The position numbers were made by a program, and so were the translations under genes. Of a DNA stretch of 64,000 nt, positions 13,756 to 23,883 are shown piece by piece. Each line of letters begins with the position of its first letter. Positions within the stretch are counted from its first letter, which is position 1. Source of the DNA: Octopus sinensis. Its lineage: Eukaryota. The stretch covers positions 162,812,001 through 162,876,000 of the forward strand of contig NC_043000.1 of the NCBI RefSeq assembly GCF_006345805.1, read 5' to 3'. The notes beneath the pieces were generated by a model. It was not told the origin of the DNA and searched no databases. It was given only the letters and a program-made list of their open reading frames with translations.

Positions 13756-13861
13756 TTTCTCACACCTACTCTCAATGCTTATCTCTCTCTCCCTCACTGC
13801 CTCTATGTGTTTCTGTGTATGTGCGTATATATATATATCTTTTTCTTCATTCTTTCTCTCT

Positions 13862-13901
<40 letters not shown>

Positions 13902-14019
13902 CCCCCACACACACATTCCTTTAGTGCTGGATACCAGGAAAAAAAGAGTAGAGATTAATAATTATTTCTACTCAATGCCTTGGAAATTTTGGGGAAAGTG
14001 GGTTAGTCGATTATATCGA

Positions 14020-14172
14020 TTCCAATGAGTAACCGGGACTTATTTCATCGACGGGGAAAGGATGAAAGGCAAAGTCGATCTCGGCGGAATTCGAACTCAG
14101 AACATAGCGCAGACGAAATACTGCTAAGCATTTCGCCCGGGATGCTAACGATTCTGCCAGCTCACCGCCTTT
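14020..14172 (-). mobile_element. SINE family 2 (tRNA-like head plus CCTTTCATCC...GTCGAT central domain, Meta-domain-like)
   Basis: Reverse complement of AGGCGGTGAGCTGGCAGAATCGTTAGCA...GAGTTCGAATTCCGCCGAG...GCCTTTCATCCTTTC. Confidence 0.9.
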
Positions 14173-14303
14173 GAGAGTAGAGATTAATGATGTTTATCTT
14201 CTGGCCGAGTGAGTCCCTTGCTACTCCGCTAGGAGACCCTTTGCACCCACGGGCATAACTCACAATTGCAACAGCCGCGAATTCTACCAAAATTTGTGTG
14301 TGT

Positions 14304-14334
<31 letters not shown>

Positions 14335-14336
<2 letters not shown>

Positions 14337-15046
14337 TGAGCGAGTGAGAGAGTGAGTGAGTGAGAGAGTGAGTGAGTGAGAGAGTGAGTGAGTGAGTGAG
14401 TGAGAGAGTGAGTGAGTGAATGAGTGAGATAGTGAGTGAGTGAGTGAATGAGTGAGTGAGTGAGTGAGTGAGTGAGTGAGTGAGTGAGAGAGAGAGAGTG
14501 AGCGAGTGAGAGAGTGAGTGAGTGAGAGAGTGAGTGAGTGAGAGAGTGAGTGAGTGAGTGAGTGAGTGAGAGAGTGAGTGAGTGAGTGAGTGAAATAGTG
14601 AGTGAGTGAGTGAATGAGTGAGTGAGTGAGTGAGTGAGTGAGTGAGTGAGTGAGTGAGTGAGAGAGAGAGAGTGAGCGAGTGAGAGAGTGAGTGAATGAG
14701 AGAGTGAGTGAGTGAGTGAAATAGTGAGAGAGTGAGTGAGTGAGTGAGTGAGTGAGAGAGAGAGAGAGAGTGAGCGAGTGAGAGAGTGAGTGAGTGAGAG
14801 TGAGTGAGTGAGTGAGTGAGTGAGTGAGAGAGTGAGTGAGTGAGTGAGTGAGTGAGAGAGTGAGTGAGTGAGTGAGTGAGTGAGAGAGTGAGTGAGTGAA
14901 ATAGTGAGTGAGTGAATGAGTGAGTGAGTGTGTGAGTAAGTGAGTGAGTGAGTGAGTGAGTGAGAGAGTGAGTGAGTGAGTGAAATAGTGAGAGAGTGAG
15001 TGAGTGAGTGAGTGAGTGAGTGAGTGAGTGAGTGAGTGAGTGAGTG
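14335..15046. repeat. About 710-bp (TGAG)n tetranucleotide array
   Basis: Directly visible, with recurring GAGA, GAAATA and GAAT variants. Confidence 0.98.
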
Positions 15047-16022
15047 GGTGTGATTTTAGAGCTTACTTTAAGTTTTCCAAGAGAGTTCAAGCCGGCTGCT
15101 AACAAAACAAGACGGTTTTTGAGTTAAGAGCGTTCCCGGTATTTGTAAATATGGGGTTGAGTTGTCGTGTTGGTTGCATCACTCAACTGTGAGCATCTAT
15201 TCACATACGAATCTCACATTGAGAATGTTTGGAACGCTTTACAAATCTTCACTGTGCCACTAATAGATTGAATTTGGAGAATCCGCGTTAGTTTTCTTTG
15301 CTGTTCTTCCGTGAAACCGAATATTTCAAGATTTCTGAGAAAAGTTTTTGGTACCATAACTTTATGCATCTATGATGCAAGGTACAAATGAGAATTCTCA
15401 GTTAGAGTACACGAGCTGTAAATTCCGCAATAATTTACCAAAGATGCTCTCTATTTCCTGAACTTTTGAGTGTACATTCACATTCGCTTGGCAATTGACC
15501 TCTAAAACAGTACATATAGGCACAGGAGTGGCTGTGTGGTAAGTAGCTTGCTAACCAACCACATGGTTCTGGGTTCAGTCCCACTGCGTGGCACCTTGGG
15601 CAAGTGTCTTCTGCTATAGCCCCGGGCCGACCAATGCCTTGTGAGTGGATTTGGTAGACGGAAACTGAAAGAAGCCTGTTGTATATATGTATATATATAT
15701 ATATATGTGTGTGTGTCTGTGTTTGTGTATCTGTGTTTGTCCCCCTAGCATTGCTTGACAACCGATGCTGGTGTCTTTACGTCCCCGTTACTTAGCGGTT
15801 CGGTAAAAGAGACCGATAGAATAAGTACTGGGCTTACAAAGAATAAGTCCCGGGGTCGATTTACTCGACTAAAAGGCGGTGCTCCAGCATGGCCGCAGTC
15901 GAATGACTGAAGCAAGCAAAAGAGCAAATGAGCAAAAGGGCAATATTTGTTCCCTGTCCCACAGAACAATACCAGGTTTGTTATGTTTGTACGGAATTGA
16001 TGTTTTTATTGTTATTCCATTA
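15047..16022 (-). mobile_element. Dong/R4-type LINE 3' end (lineage A), interrupted by a SINE, ending in (CACT)n
   Basis: KHNKPGIVLWDREQIL (15940-16022) resumes after the SINE as CTVLEVNCQANVN...LLRNLQLVY...LQIQSISGTVKICKAFQTFSM* (stop 15214-15216), a restriction-like endonuclease C-terminus. Confidence 0.9.
15519..15930 (+). mobile_element. SINE family 1, full length, inserted in the Dong/R4 endonuclease region
   Basis: GGCACAGGAGTGGCTGTGTGGTAAGTAGCTTG head through the GACTGAAGCAAGCAAAAGAGC tail. Confidence 0.93.
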
Positions 16023-16036
16023 GTATGTATGTATGT

Positions 16037-16127
16037 ATGTAAACATAACAGGCCAGATATTGTTGTTTGGGACAGAGGAGCAAAGCTATGTACCGCCACA
16101 GAGGTCAGCTGCCCTGCAGATATAAAT
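16037..16127 (+). mobile_element. 91-bp Dong/R4 endonuclease fragment embedded in (TATG)n
   Basis: Encodes CKHNRPDIVVWDRGAKLCTATEVSCPADIN; (TATG)n on both sides. Confidence 0.85.
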
Positions 16128-17000
16128 GTATGTATGTATATCTCATCTATTGTTTGATTATTATAAATCTTCCGCTGAGGACGGAGCCGGTTTCCAACAA
16201 AGATACAAGGCACCAACTTTGGGATGTAGTTAACACAGACAATTCACATTTGGAACTTATTTTTACTCTTCCACTCACAGATTGTACTTGTAATGTACGA
16301 ATCAGCCGGTCAGTTTCTCTTTCTGAAAAACCCAGTTCATCCAGGTTCTCCTTTAAGCATTTACTAACAGACATAGTGCTCCAATTATGATTCGTATGAA
16401 TATGAATTCATAGTCTGTATAAAAAAGCTGGAGGTTTCGAAGCAGTTGTCCATAAATATACTCTTTTGCTTTGATTTTCGAAGAGATATTTATATCTGCA
16501 GGGCAGCTGACCTCTATGATGGTGCATACGTCTGTCCCCGGCTGTCCCAAACAACAATATCCGGCCTGATATGTTTACATTTCACAGACGTTTTGGTGGA
16601 AATATTCCACTAATATTCCCTGAGTATTCCTTAACAGGGATTTTCTAAGTTTATTTCAAGACAGTTTTTTGCGGATGGCATTGTAAATCGTTTTAGCAAC
16701 AACATCGTGCCGCATAGGGAGGTAGTACCGTGACGTCATTTTAGGACAGCTGCTAATCAATGTACGTAAGTATGTATAAGTCCGACGAGACAGAAATACA
16801 CATATATGCACATACTCACTGGCTGCTAAAGGAGAATTTTCTTCTGCTACGGATATAATTTGGATTTTGAAACTGAGCGTGTCCATGAAGTTTATTATCT
16901 CTGGACAAATGCCTAATTTGCTTCTTCGTGATGTATTTACATGAAGCAGTCCGTAGAAGATATAAAAAGCAACTTTCAGGAATAATTGTGGTTTACTGAC
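16128..17000 (-). mobile_element. Dong/R4-type LINE 3' end (lineage B), ending in (CATA)n
   Basis: LISSCPKMTSRYYLPMRHDVVAK (RHD motif), RPDIVVWD, IIEVSCPADINI, LKENLDELGFSE...LQVQSVSG. Confidence 0.9.
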
Positions 17001-17039
17001 GCAGAAGGTTGAGAATTTTTTCTGTATCGAAGTACGATA

Positions 17040-17570
17040 AGCTAAAGAAAGGTTGTTTTATAGTTCAAGTTTAGCAACTAAGAAGTAATTTTACACTGGT
17101 ATATAATGGTATGCTTTGACGGATAATGTGAATGTTTCTGGATTTCTTGGGTTGTGTGTGTAATTAAAAATAGAGTTTTCGGTGTACCTCAACTGTTCTT
17201 GGCTTTTCGTAATTCTTCATATCTATTGCTTTGGTAATTTCCAGTCCATTCTGTATAAGAGTAGAATGTTTATTTTCTTTCAAGTAGTGCATTTTAATTC
17301 TAGGAACCTTTTATTCTAAATTTCCGGAATAGAGTCAATTGTCTGGATTCTTCTAGCTAGATCAAATGGAATATTTGGCATAACTAGAAGGTTCAGCTGT
17401 AAAAACAAGCCAAAACAATGTATGGTATCAACTTCAAAAAATATCTGGTGAATAATTGGGAACGGTATGTTGATGACTGCTTCATTCTATAAACATACAA
17501 ATCCGATGAAATCAATGACTTCAAATCGCCTGCTCAGCAACCTTAATTGCAGCGTTCACTTCACAATGGA
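17040..17570. mobile_element. Penelope-like RT fragments in opposite orientations
   Basis: + strand NWERYVDDCFIL at about 17455-17490; minus-strand thumb/linker remnant (HNPRNP) at 17040-17340. Confidence 0.65.
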
Positions 17571-18189
17571 AGGTGCATTCTGTTAAGGAACTTCAAGCAA
17601 TTCGCAACTGACAGTCCAGATATACCACCCACACACAAGGGCCGGTTATTTAAATGCCCGTATAAACTGCAGCCCACCCATGTTGACAATCCAGCCTCAG
17701 TTGTAACCCAACACTATCGAATTTGGTCACTCCTACGTGAAGATTGTTGCCACCTATAGGTTAATACTCATTGAACCATGGAGCTACGGACTCGCACCAA
17801 TATTCCACCCTACAATTTGCAGTACCCAATGCAAGGAATTAATATCTCTGGTTGCACTAAACATACACTTGTAGCCAAGTGATGCCAACATCCTGTTGGA
17901 GCACTTGAGCCTAAAGGAAAAGAAGAATACTGGTTTCATTTTCCCTGCATTAACACCACGTGACCTGAGCTAATCAAAAGAAGCTTCATACCTAGAAGCT
18001 TCTCCAAATAGATGCGAACAACGGATCCACGAAACTTTAAGTCATTTGGTGCGTGACTGTTATTAAAACATTAATGTAACTTCTACCAAAGTGCCTCTTT
18101 CTTGTCTTTGTCTACTCACTCGTCTATGATATTGTTGTAGCTGAGAGAGCCGGTAACACGGTTATTAAGAAAGGGATCATTTTGACCCT

Positions 18190-18370
18190 TGTACGATGGA
18201 CTACTCATGTTTTCAGGATGGAAGAGAGAAGCCCAGACAAACATTTTATGGGGAGCTGACCACAGTACATTTCTACTGAAAAGAGAAATAAGTCTCTGAA
18301 CGCTGCTGCAGAACAAAAGCTGACTGAAAAGCCACTACACATCTCAATGAAGAGATGGAACGTCTGGGAA
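18190..18370 (+). mobile_element. Degenerate RTE-like LINE C-terminal remnant
   Basis: Frameshifted FRMEER..PRQTFYGEL, matching the RTE HV.RM...R.P...LYGEL pattern. Confidence 0.5.
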
Positions 18371-18454
18371 GAAGTATACATATATATATGCACACATATA
18401 TACATACATGCATATATGATGTATATATATATATAATATATAATATATATATCT

Positions 18455-18499
<45 letters not shown>

Positions 18500-18507
<8 letters not shown>

Positions 18508-18777
18508 CTTATTTCGCTCTCGCGTCTCATGTTTGATCTTTGACCTCTGGCCGAAATCAGATCGCCATGTTGATTCGTTAGTTACTGCACGCATTTTTTT
18601 CTCTCCTTCTTTCTGTGTTTTTTTTCTCTCTGTGTATCTTTCTGTTGAAGAGCGTAGGCTCGAAACGTTAAAGACTTGTTTTATTTATATTTCCTGAGCG
18701 CCATACTAATACAATTGTTTGTTTGTTTTCCACCTGCCTTCGTCTTTTGTCTATTTTCATAAAGCTTCCCGTTATAT
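18500..18777 (+). mobile_element. Short non-autonomous PLE-like terminal repeat, family X, in (TA)n
   Basis: Contains the hammerhead-like motif; 18635-18777 is identical to the reverse complement of about 21222-21362 and homologous to 62480-62690. Confidence 0.75.
18637..18674 (+). ncRNA. Minimal type I hammerhead-like motif, family X (CUGUUGA core variant)
   Basis: Stem I TCTTT/AAAGA, core CTGTTGA plus an extra A, stem II GAGC(GTAG)GCTC, GAAA, palindromic AACGTT, predicted cleavage after 18669. Confidence 0.65.
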
Positions 18778-18837
18778 ATATATATATATATATATATGTA
18801 TAATTGATCAAAATAAAAACATGATGCGAAGGATTCA

Positions 18838-18915
18838 GCGGTACATATGTTTCGGGCCTTTATTAGACAGCTTTATAACAATGCATAATGTATGTCTGTG
18901 GCCTTCTTCAGCCGC
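18838..18915 (-). ncRNA. Type I hammerhead ribozyme, family Y
   Basis: Exact reverse complement of 20846-20923. Confidence 0.8.
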
Positions 18916-20845
18916 GCACAACAGCTTCCACAAGGACATGTGTTACATCAAAAATTCTTGGTTGGGGATGCAAATCTTCTCATTCGCGTACGACATAATG
19001 CGGCAGCACCATAGAATTGAAGCGTCCATCTCTTTCTTCTCTCAATGTAGAATGAGGAAATTTGGATGTTGAAGTAATGTAAATAAATAAATACATATAT
19101 AGACGTGAAGATGGAGGGGCGAGAATTCAGGATGAGGGATAAAAAATGTATAAAAAGTGTAAGTATAGAAAAATATAAAAATGTAGAGTGTAAAGATATA
19201 AAGGGATATAAGGAGATGTAAAGGGGGTATAAAGAATATAAAGAATATAAAGAATATAAATGAATGTAAAGGCATAAGTTATAAAGTAAAAATAGAAATA
19301 GAAATAAAAGTAAAAAGTAAAAAAATAAAAATAGGAATAAACATGATAAAAATGTAAAAAAAATATAAAGATAAGGGATGTATAGAGGTTACGGACCAAA
19401 CATGGTGGTCAGGAGATTGATAAAATTTAGTTGTAGAAGTTTTGGGTGTCAATAAATCAACATTGTCGTCTGGGGACCTAATGTGTTGTAAATCAGAGCT
19501 GTTGAGCGTTTAATCTGGTTCTTTGAATTAATTGGTCATCTAGTACACACATACCATCATGGATACATACACCCATATACACGCGTACATATACGCCTTC
19601 AAGCCTATAAGCATACACACGCACTCACGTGTAAACATGTACATAAACACACACACACCCACACGCACGCGCGTACATATACATGCATACAACAGAATAT
19701 CCGCATGTATACACGGACATTATACGTGTACACACCCATATGTACATACGTGCGCCCATCCTTACATACACATACGCATATGCCCACGCTTCCAGGTTTA
19801 GATATAAGATATTAAAGGATGTATATAAGAACGTATGTAAAAAATCACGCACTCACGTCTACACGTGCACGCACACACGGCTGTGTGTCCATATGCGCGT
19901 GCACATATACACTTACATACACACACAGAGACATACGCGCATATGGGTATAGCTATAAGATATTAAAAGATGTATACAAATAGGTGTAAACATATGAATA
20001 TAAGAAAACATGTAAAGAAAGAAATACGGGGTATGTACATCCAGACGTAGATGTTTACTCGTACATATGTACATATATGTATACGTATACTTACGTACAC
20101 GGACGCTCATATAATCATAAAATGGATCCATAGGTAAGTAAATAAGGGATAAGCAAAAAAAATAGACATATATAGAGATATAAAGCGATAAGTTAGGGGT
20201 AAGAATGAGGGTAAGGGTAAAAATTAGAAATAAAAGTAAGAAATACAGTATAAAATAAGAAATACAATGTAAAGGTTAGAAATGAAATATAATAATTATA
20301 AAAATTATAAGAATTAAGATAAGGGATGAAAATAAAAATGAGAATAAATCGAAGTAGAATAAAAGTAAAAATAAAAGTAAAAATAAAAATAAAGTAAAAT
20401 AAAATAAAAATATAATTTGGTAAAGTTTAACATGAGATGAAGGTGGTTGAAAGTTAGAGGTGTGTGTTAAAGTGCCCACGTAGGGGCGGGCGGGGGGAAC
20501 TGAAAATTGGAAGGGTAGGAAGTGGGGTTTGGCTGTGTGCGTTCAACATCCGAGTTAGAAATGTGAAAGGGTATAGATATAGGGAAATAAAGAGACTATG
20601 TAGGAAGGATATGGGTGTAGGGGAAGAAATATGTAGGGAAAAGAAGACATATATGGGAGACAAAATTTGTATATATAGGAGGAAAATGCAGGGAAAACAT
20701 ATATGCACATACACACACCCACACACACACACACACACGCACACATATATATATATATATATATATACGTACACATATGTGCACATACATATATATAACG
20801 CACACATATACGCATATACACGCACATATAGGAAAGCTGTTGTGC

Positions 20846-20923
20846 GCGGCTGAAGAAGGCCACAGACATACATTATGCATTGTTATAAAGCTGTCTAATA
20901 AAGGCCCGAAACATATGTACCGC
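20846..20923 (+). ncRNA. Type I hammerhead ribozyme, family Y
   Basis: GCGG-CTGAAGA-AGGCC...(long insert)...GGCCC-GAAAC-ATAT-GTA^CCGC; stem I GCGG/CCGC; palindromic ACATATGT. Confidence 0.8.
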
Positions 20924-21074
20924 TGAATCCTTCGCATCATGTTTTTATTTTGATCAATTTACTCCACCACCTACACCACCAAACGGTATACACAGGTGCT
21001 TATAATTATCAAGTACTCACTCCGAATTTCTATATATATGTATCTATATATATGTATATATATATATATATAAT

Positions 21075-21200
21075 ATATATATCACGTGATCACGTGACCG
21101 ACCAGACCATCAGATGCTGTTACATACCGCTGGTCACAATGCGTTCGCATTGTTTTAGCCTTCGCATGACGCCACCCCGCTGGCTAAGCGAGCAGGCCAA
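21075..21200. repeat. Unclassified dispersed repeat, homologous to 1030-1110
   Basis: CAGACCATC(A/G)GATGCTGTTA(C/T)ATAC...GTCAC(A/G)ATGCG..TTCGCATT shared between the two loci. Confidence 0.6.
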
Positions 21201-21221
21201 TATATATATATATATATATAT

Positions 21222-21362
21222 ATAACGGGAAGCTTTATGAAAATAGACAAAAGACGAAGGCAGGTGGAAAACAAACAAACAATTGTATTAGTATGGCGCT
21301 CAGGAAATATAAATAAAACAAGTCTTTAACGTTTCGAGCCTACGCTCTTCAACAGAAAGATA
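21222..21362 (-). mobile_element. Family X copy starting at the hammerhead motif (motif at 21323-21360)
   Basis: Exact reverse complement of 18635-18777; flanked by (TA)n on both sides. Confidence 0.8.
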
Positions 21363-21421
21363 TATATATATATATATATATAATATAATATATATATATA
21401 TATTATATAATATATATTATA

Positions 21422-21456
<35 letters not shown>

Positions 21457-21631
21457 AATAATATTATTAATAAATCCAAATTTACAGGGAAAAAATCAGA
21501 TTTAGGATTAATTCAATTTTATAGTAAAATATTATAAAATATTATTAGAGACAAAAAACCACTATTTTGCAAAACAAACAAGGAAAGACTTAATCAATAC
21601 ATAAAATTTTAATAAATAGTCCAAAAAACCG

Positions 21632-21674
21632 CCACTACAATTGTTTCTTGTCTTGATCGACAATCTTCAGGTGG
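21632..21674 (-). ncRNA. Minimal type I hammerhead ribozyme, family Z
   Basis: Reverse complement of 21704-21746. Confidence 0.82.
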
Positions 21675-21703
21675 ACTTCGAAAGTGACTTGTAAATTGGA
21701 AGT

Positions 21704-21746
21704 CCACCTGAAGATTGTCGATCAAGACAAGAAACAATTGTAGTGG
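21704..21746 (+). ncRNA. Minimal type I hammerhead ribozyme, family Z
   Basis: CCAC-CTGAAGA-TTGTC(GATCAA)GACAA-GAAAC-AATT-GTA^GTGG; all three stems pair; palindromic ACAATTGT. Confidence 0.82.
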
Positions 21747-21832
21747 CGGTTTTTTGGACTATTTATTAAAATTTTATGTATTGATTAAGTCTTTCCTTGT
21801 TTGTTTTGCAAAATAGTGTTTTGTCTCTAATA

Positions 21833-21880
<48 letters not shown>

Positions 21881-21881
<1 letters not shown>

Positions 21882-22114
21882 CATAGGACCCCATCAATAA
21901 TTAAATATTGAAATATTAAATTCGAAGGTACTAGAATAATTGAACATATCTCTCCACCTAACGGTATCAGACAGATAATATTCAGTGTTAGTACCGCCGA
22001 ATTCAAAACATGAATATTAATTGTCTGATACCGTTAGGTGAAGAGATATGTTCAATTATTCCAGTACCTTCGAATTTAATATTTCAATATTTAATTATTG
22101 ATGGGGTTCTATGC
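21881..22114. repeat. Fold-back W: arms 21881-21984 and 22011-22114, 26-nt spacer
   Basis: 104-bp arms with 5 mismatches by manual alignment. Confidence 0.95.
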
Positions 22115-22189
22115 TGAAGAGGAAAACGGTTGGTAAAGTATAATTCTATATTCTTTATTCCAATCTAATTCCGAAACGCGCGTCCATAG
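22109..22189 (+). ncRNA. Type I hammerhead ribozyme, family W
   Basis: CTATG-CTGAAGA-GGAA...TTCC-GAAAC-GCGC-GTC^CATAG; canonical core, G-C pair at the base of stem II, GUC triplet, stem I CTATG/CATAG. Confidence 0.88.
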
Positions 22190-22864
22190 GTGGCCAGATA
22201 TTGATTGATTTTCGTTACTTCTTCCTCTCTGTCTGTGTGGATTGTTTTCAAGTATTTTGGTTTTTCTGGGAGTCCCTTTTTAAAGTAGAAGAAATAGCTA
22301 ACGTTTTTTTGGCTGCTATTTCTAAACTTCGGTATGTGGTAAGGCAAATCTTTAGTTTACCATGAAATGGTCCTTTTTCCATGCCTAATTTTACTTGGTG
22401 AAATTATTGATTACTTCTTAATTAATTAATTTTACCCTTTGTTATTATATATATATATATTATATATTATAATATATATATATATATATATATACATACA
22501 TATCTATGTATATGATGTGTAGTGTTATCGAAATGAGCAGAAAACGACCCTGAAGGCAGTGTTTCTGCTCATTTATATGATACATAAACACACCACACAG
22601 ACACACAAACACTAACACACGCACATACACACACACACACATATATATACGCACATATATAATTATATGTGTGTGTAAATATGTGTGGGGTGAGTATCTG
22701 CGTCTGTTGAAGTGACGGTGTGGTCTTCACCGTTGAATACCACCATGCGCGTAACTTATAATGTCTTCAACAAAATGTAGACCAATAGGTTCGTATGTTA
22801 ACAGTGCCATATGAACTCATAAACACTACACTCGTATGCATATATATATGAGTGTATATATATA

Positions 22865-22944
<80 letters not shown>

Positions 22945-23344
22945 ATATGCATATAAATTTGTGCGTATGTATGTATGCGTGCGTGTGTATGATTCCCTAA
23001 GAAACAGAAGATTTATGATTTGAAATCCTGCAATATCTACTTCTCATTTATCTTATTTTGCAATCTGCTGAGTTCTTTAGCGCAAAGAAGCACAATGGTT
23101 TCAATTCTAAAATATAAAAACATTTCATCAGCATTTCACATCAGTTATATTTTGCTTGTGAAGTCAAGCGTTTCGCTGGATTAAGGACGCAAATTCTCAC
23201 CATTATGAAATGTCATCCTGCTATTGTTTGACACCAGTCTATGTTTTTCTTTTCTTACATGTATTTGTTATTTTTGACACACAGACGATTTTTTTCGGTC
23301 CTATTCTTTATGTATATGCATACATACATGCACACACACACACG

Positions 23345-23401
<57 letters not shown>

Positions 23402-23810
23402 TCTTTTGATATTTTGTCCTGTACACAAATGACAGTACATCATATATTTCTATGTATATATGTATGTATATATATATATATGTATGTATATATATGTGTG
23501 TGTGTGTATGTATGTGTGTGGGTGTATATACATATATGTGTGTTTGCGCACGCGCACCTTTGCGTATGTGCATATACACATATGTGCGTCTATGTTTCAT
23601 GGATGCATGCGTATGTGCATGTATGTATTATATGTGTGTGTATGTATGTAATATACAAATATGCTATTTATGTATATGTATGTGTTTATCTATAATATAT
23701 TTATATATATGTATACCTGTGTAAGCTTGTATATACATAGAAACATACATACATACATACATGCATGCATGCATACATACATACATACATACATACATAC
23801 ATACATACAT

Positions 23811-23883
<73 letters not shown>

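Larger units (their letters stand above)
18803..20958 (-). mobile_element. 2.15-kb non-coding PLE-like element with about 127-bp terminal inverted repeats (family Y)
   Basis: 18803-18929 is near-identical to the reverse complement of 20831-20958; the interior has two A-rich tracts (pyrimidine-rich on the minus strand) and CA/TA tracts, with no convincing ORF. Confidence 0.75.
21533..21842. repeat. Fold-back palindrome Z: arms 21533-21679 and 21699-21842, 19-nt spacer
   Basis: The arms are exact reverse complements except for one 3-nt indel. Confidence 0.97.

Noticed and set aside
14284-15105. 273-aa THSL-repeat ORF, the longest in the track
   Set aside because: It is simply the stop-free reverse frame of the (TGAG)n array.
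22695-22755. CTGTTGAAG...ACGGTG/CACCGT...GAATAC hammerhead-like string
   Set aside because: GAAA is broken and there is no NUH or stem III; it is indistinguishable from chance.
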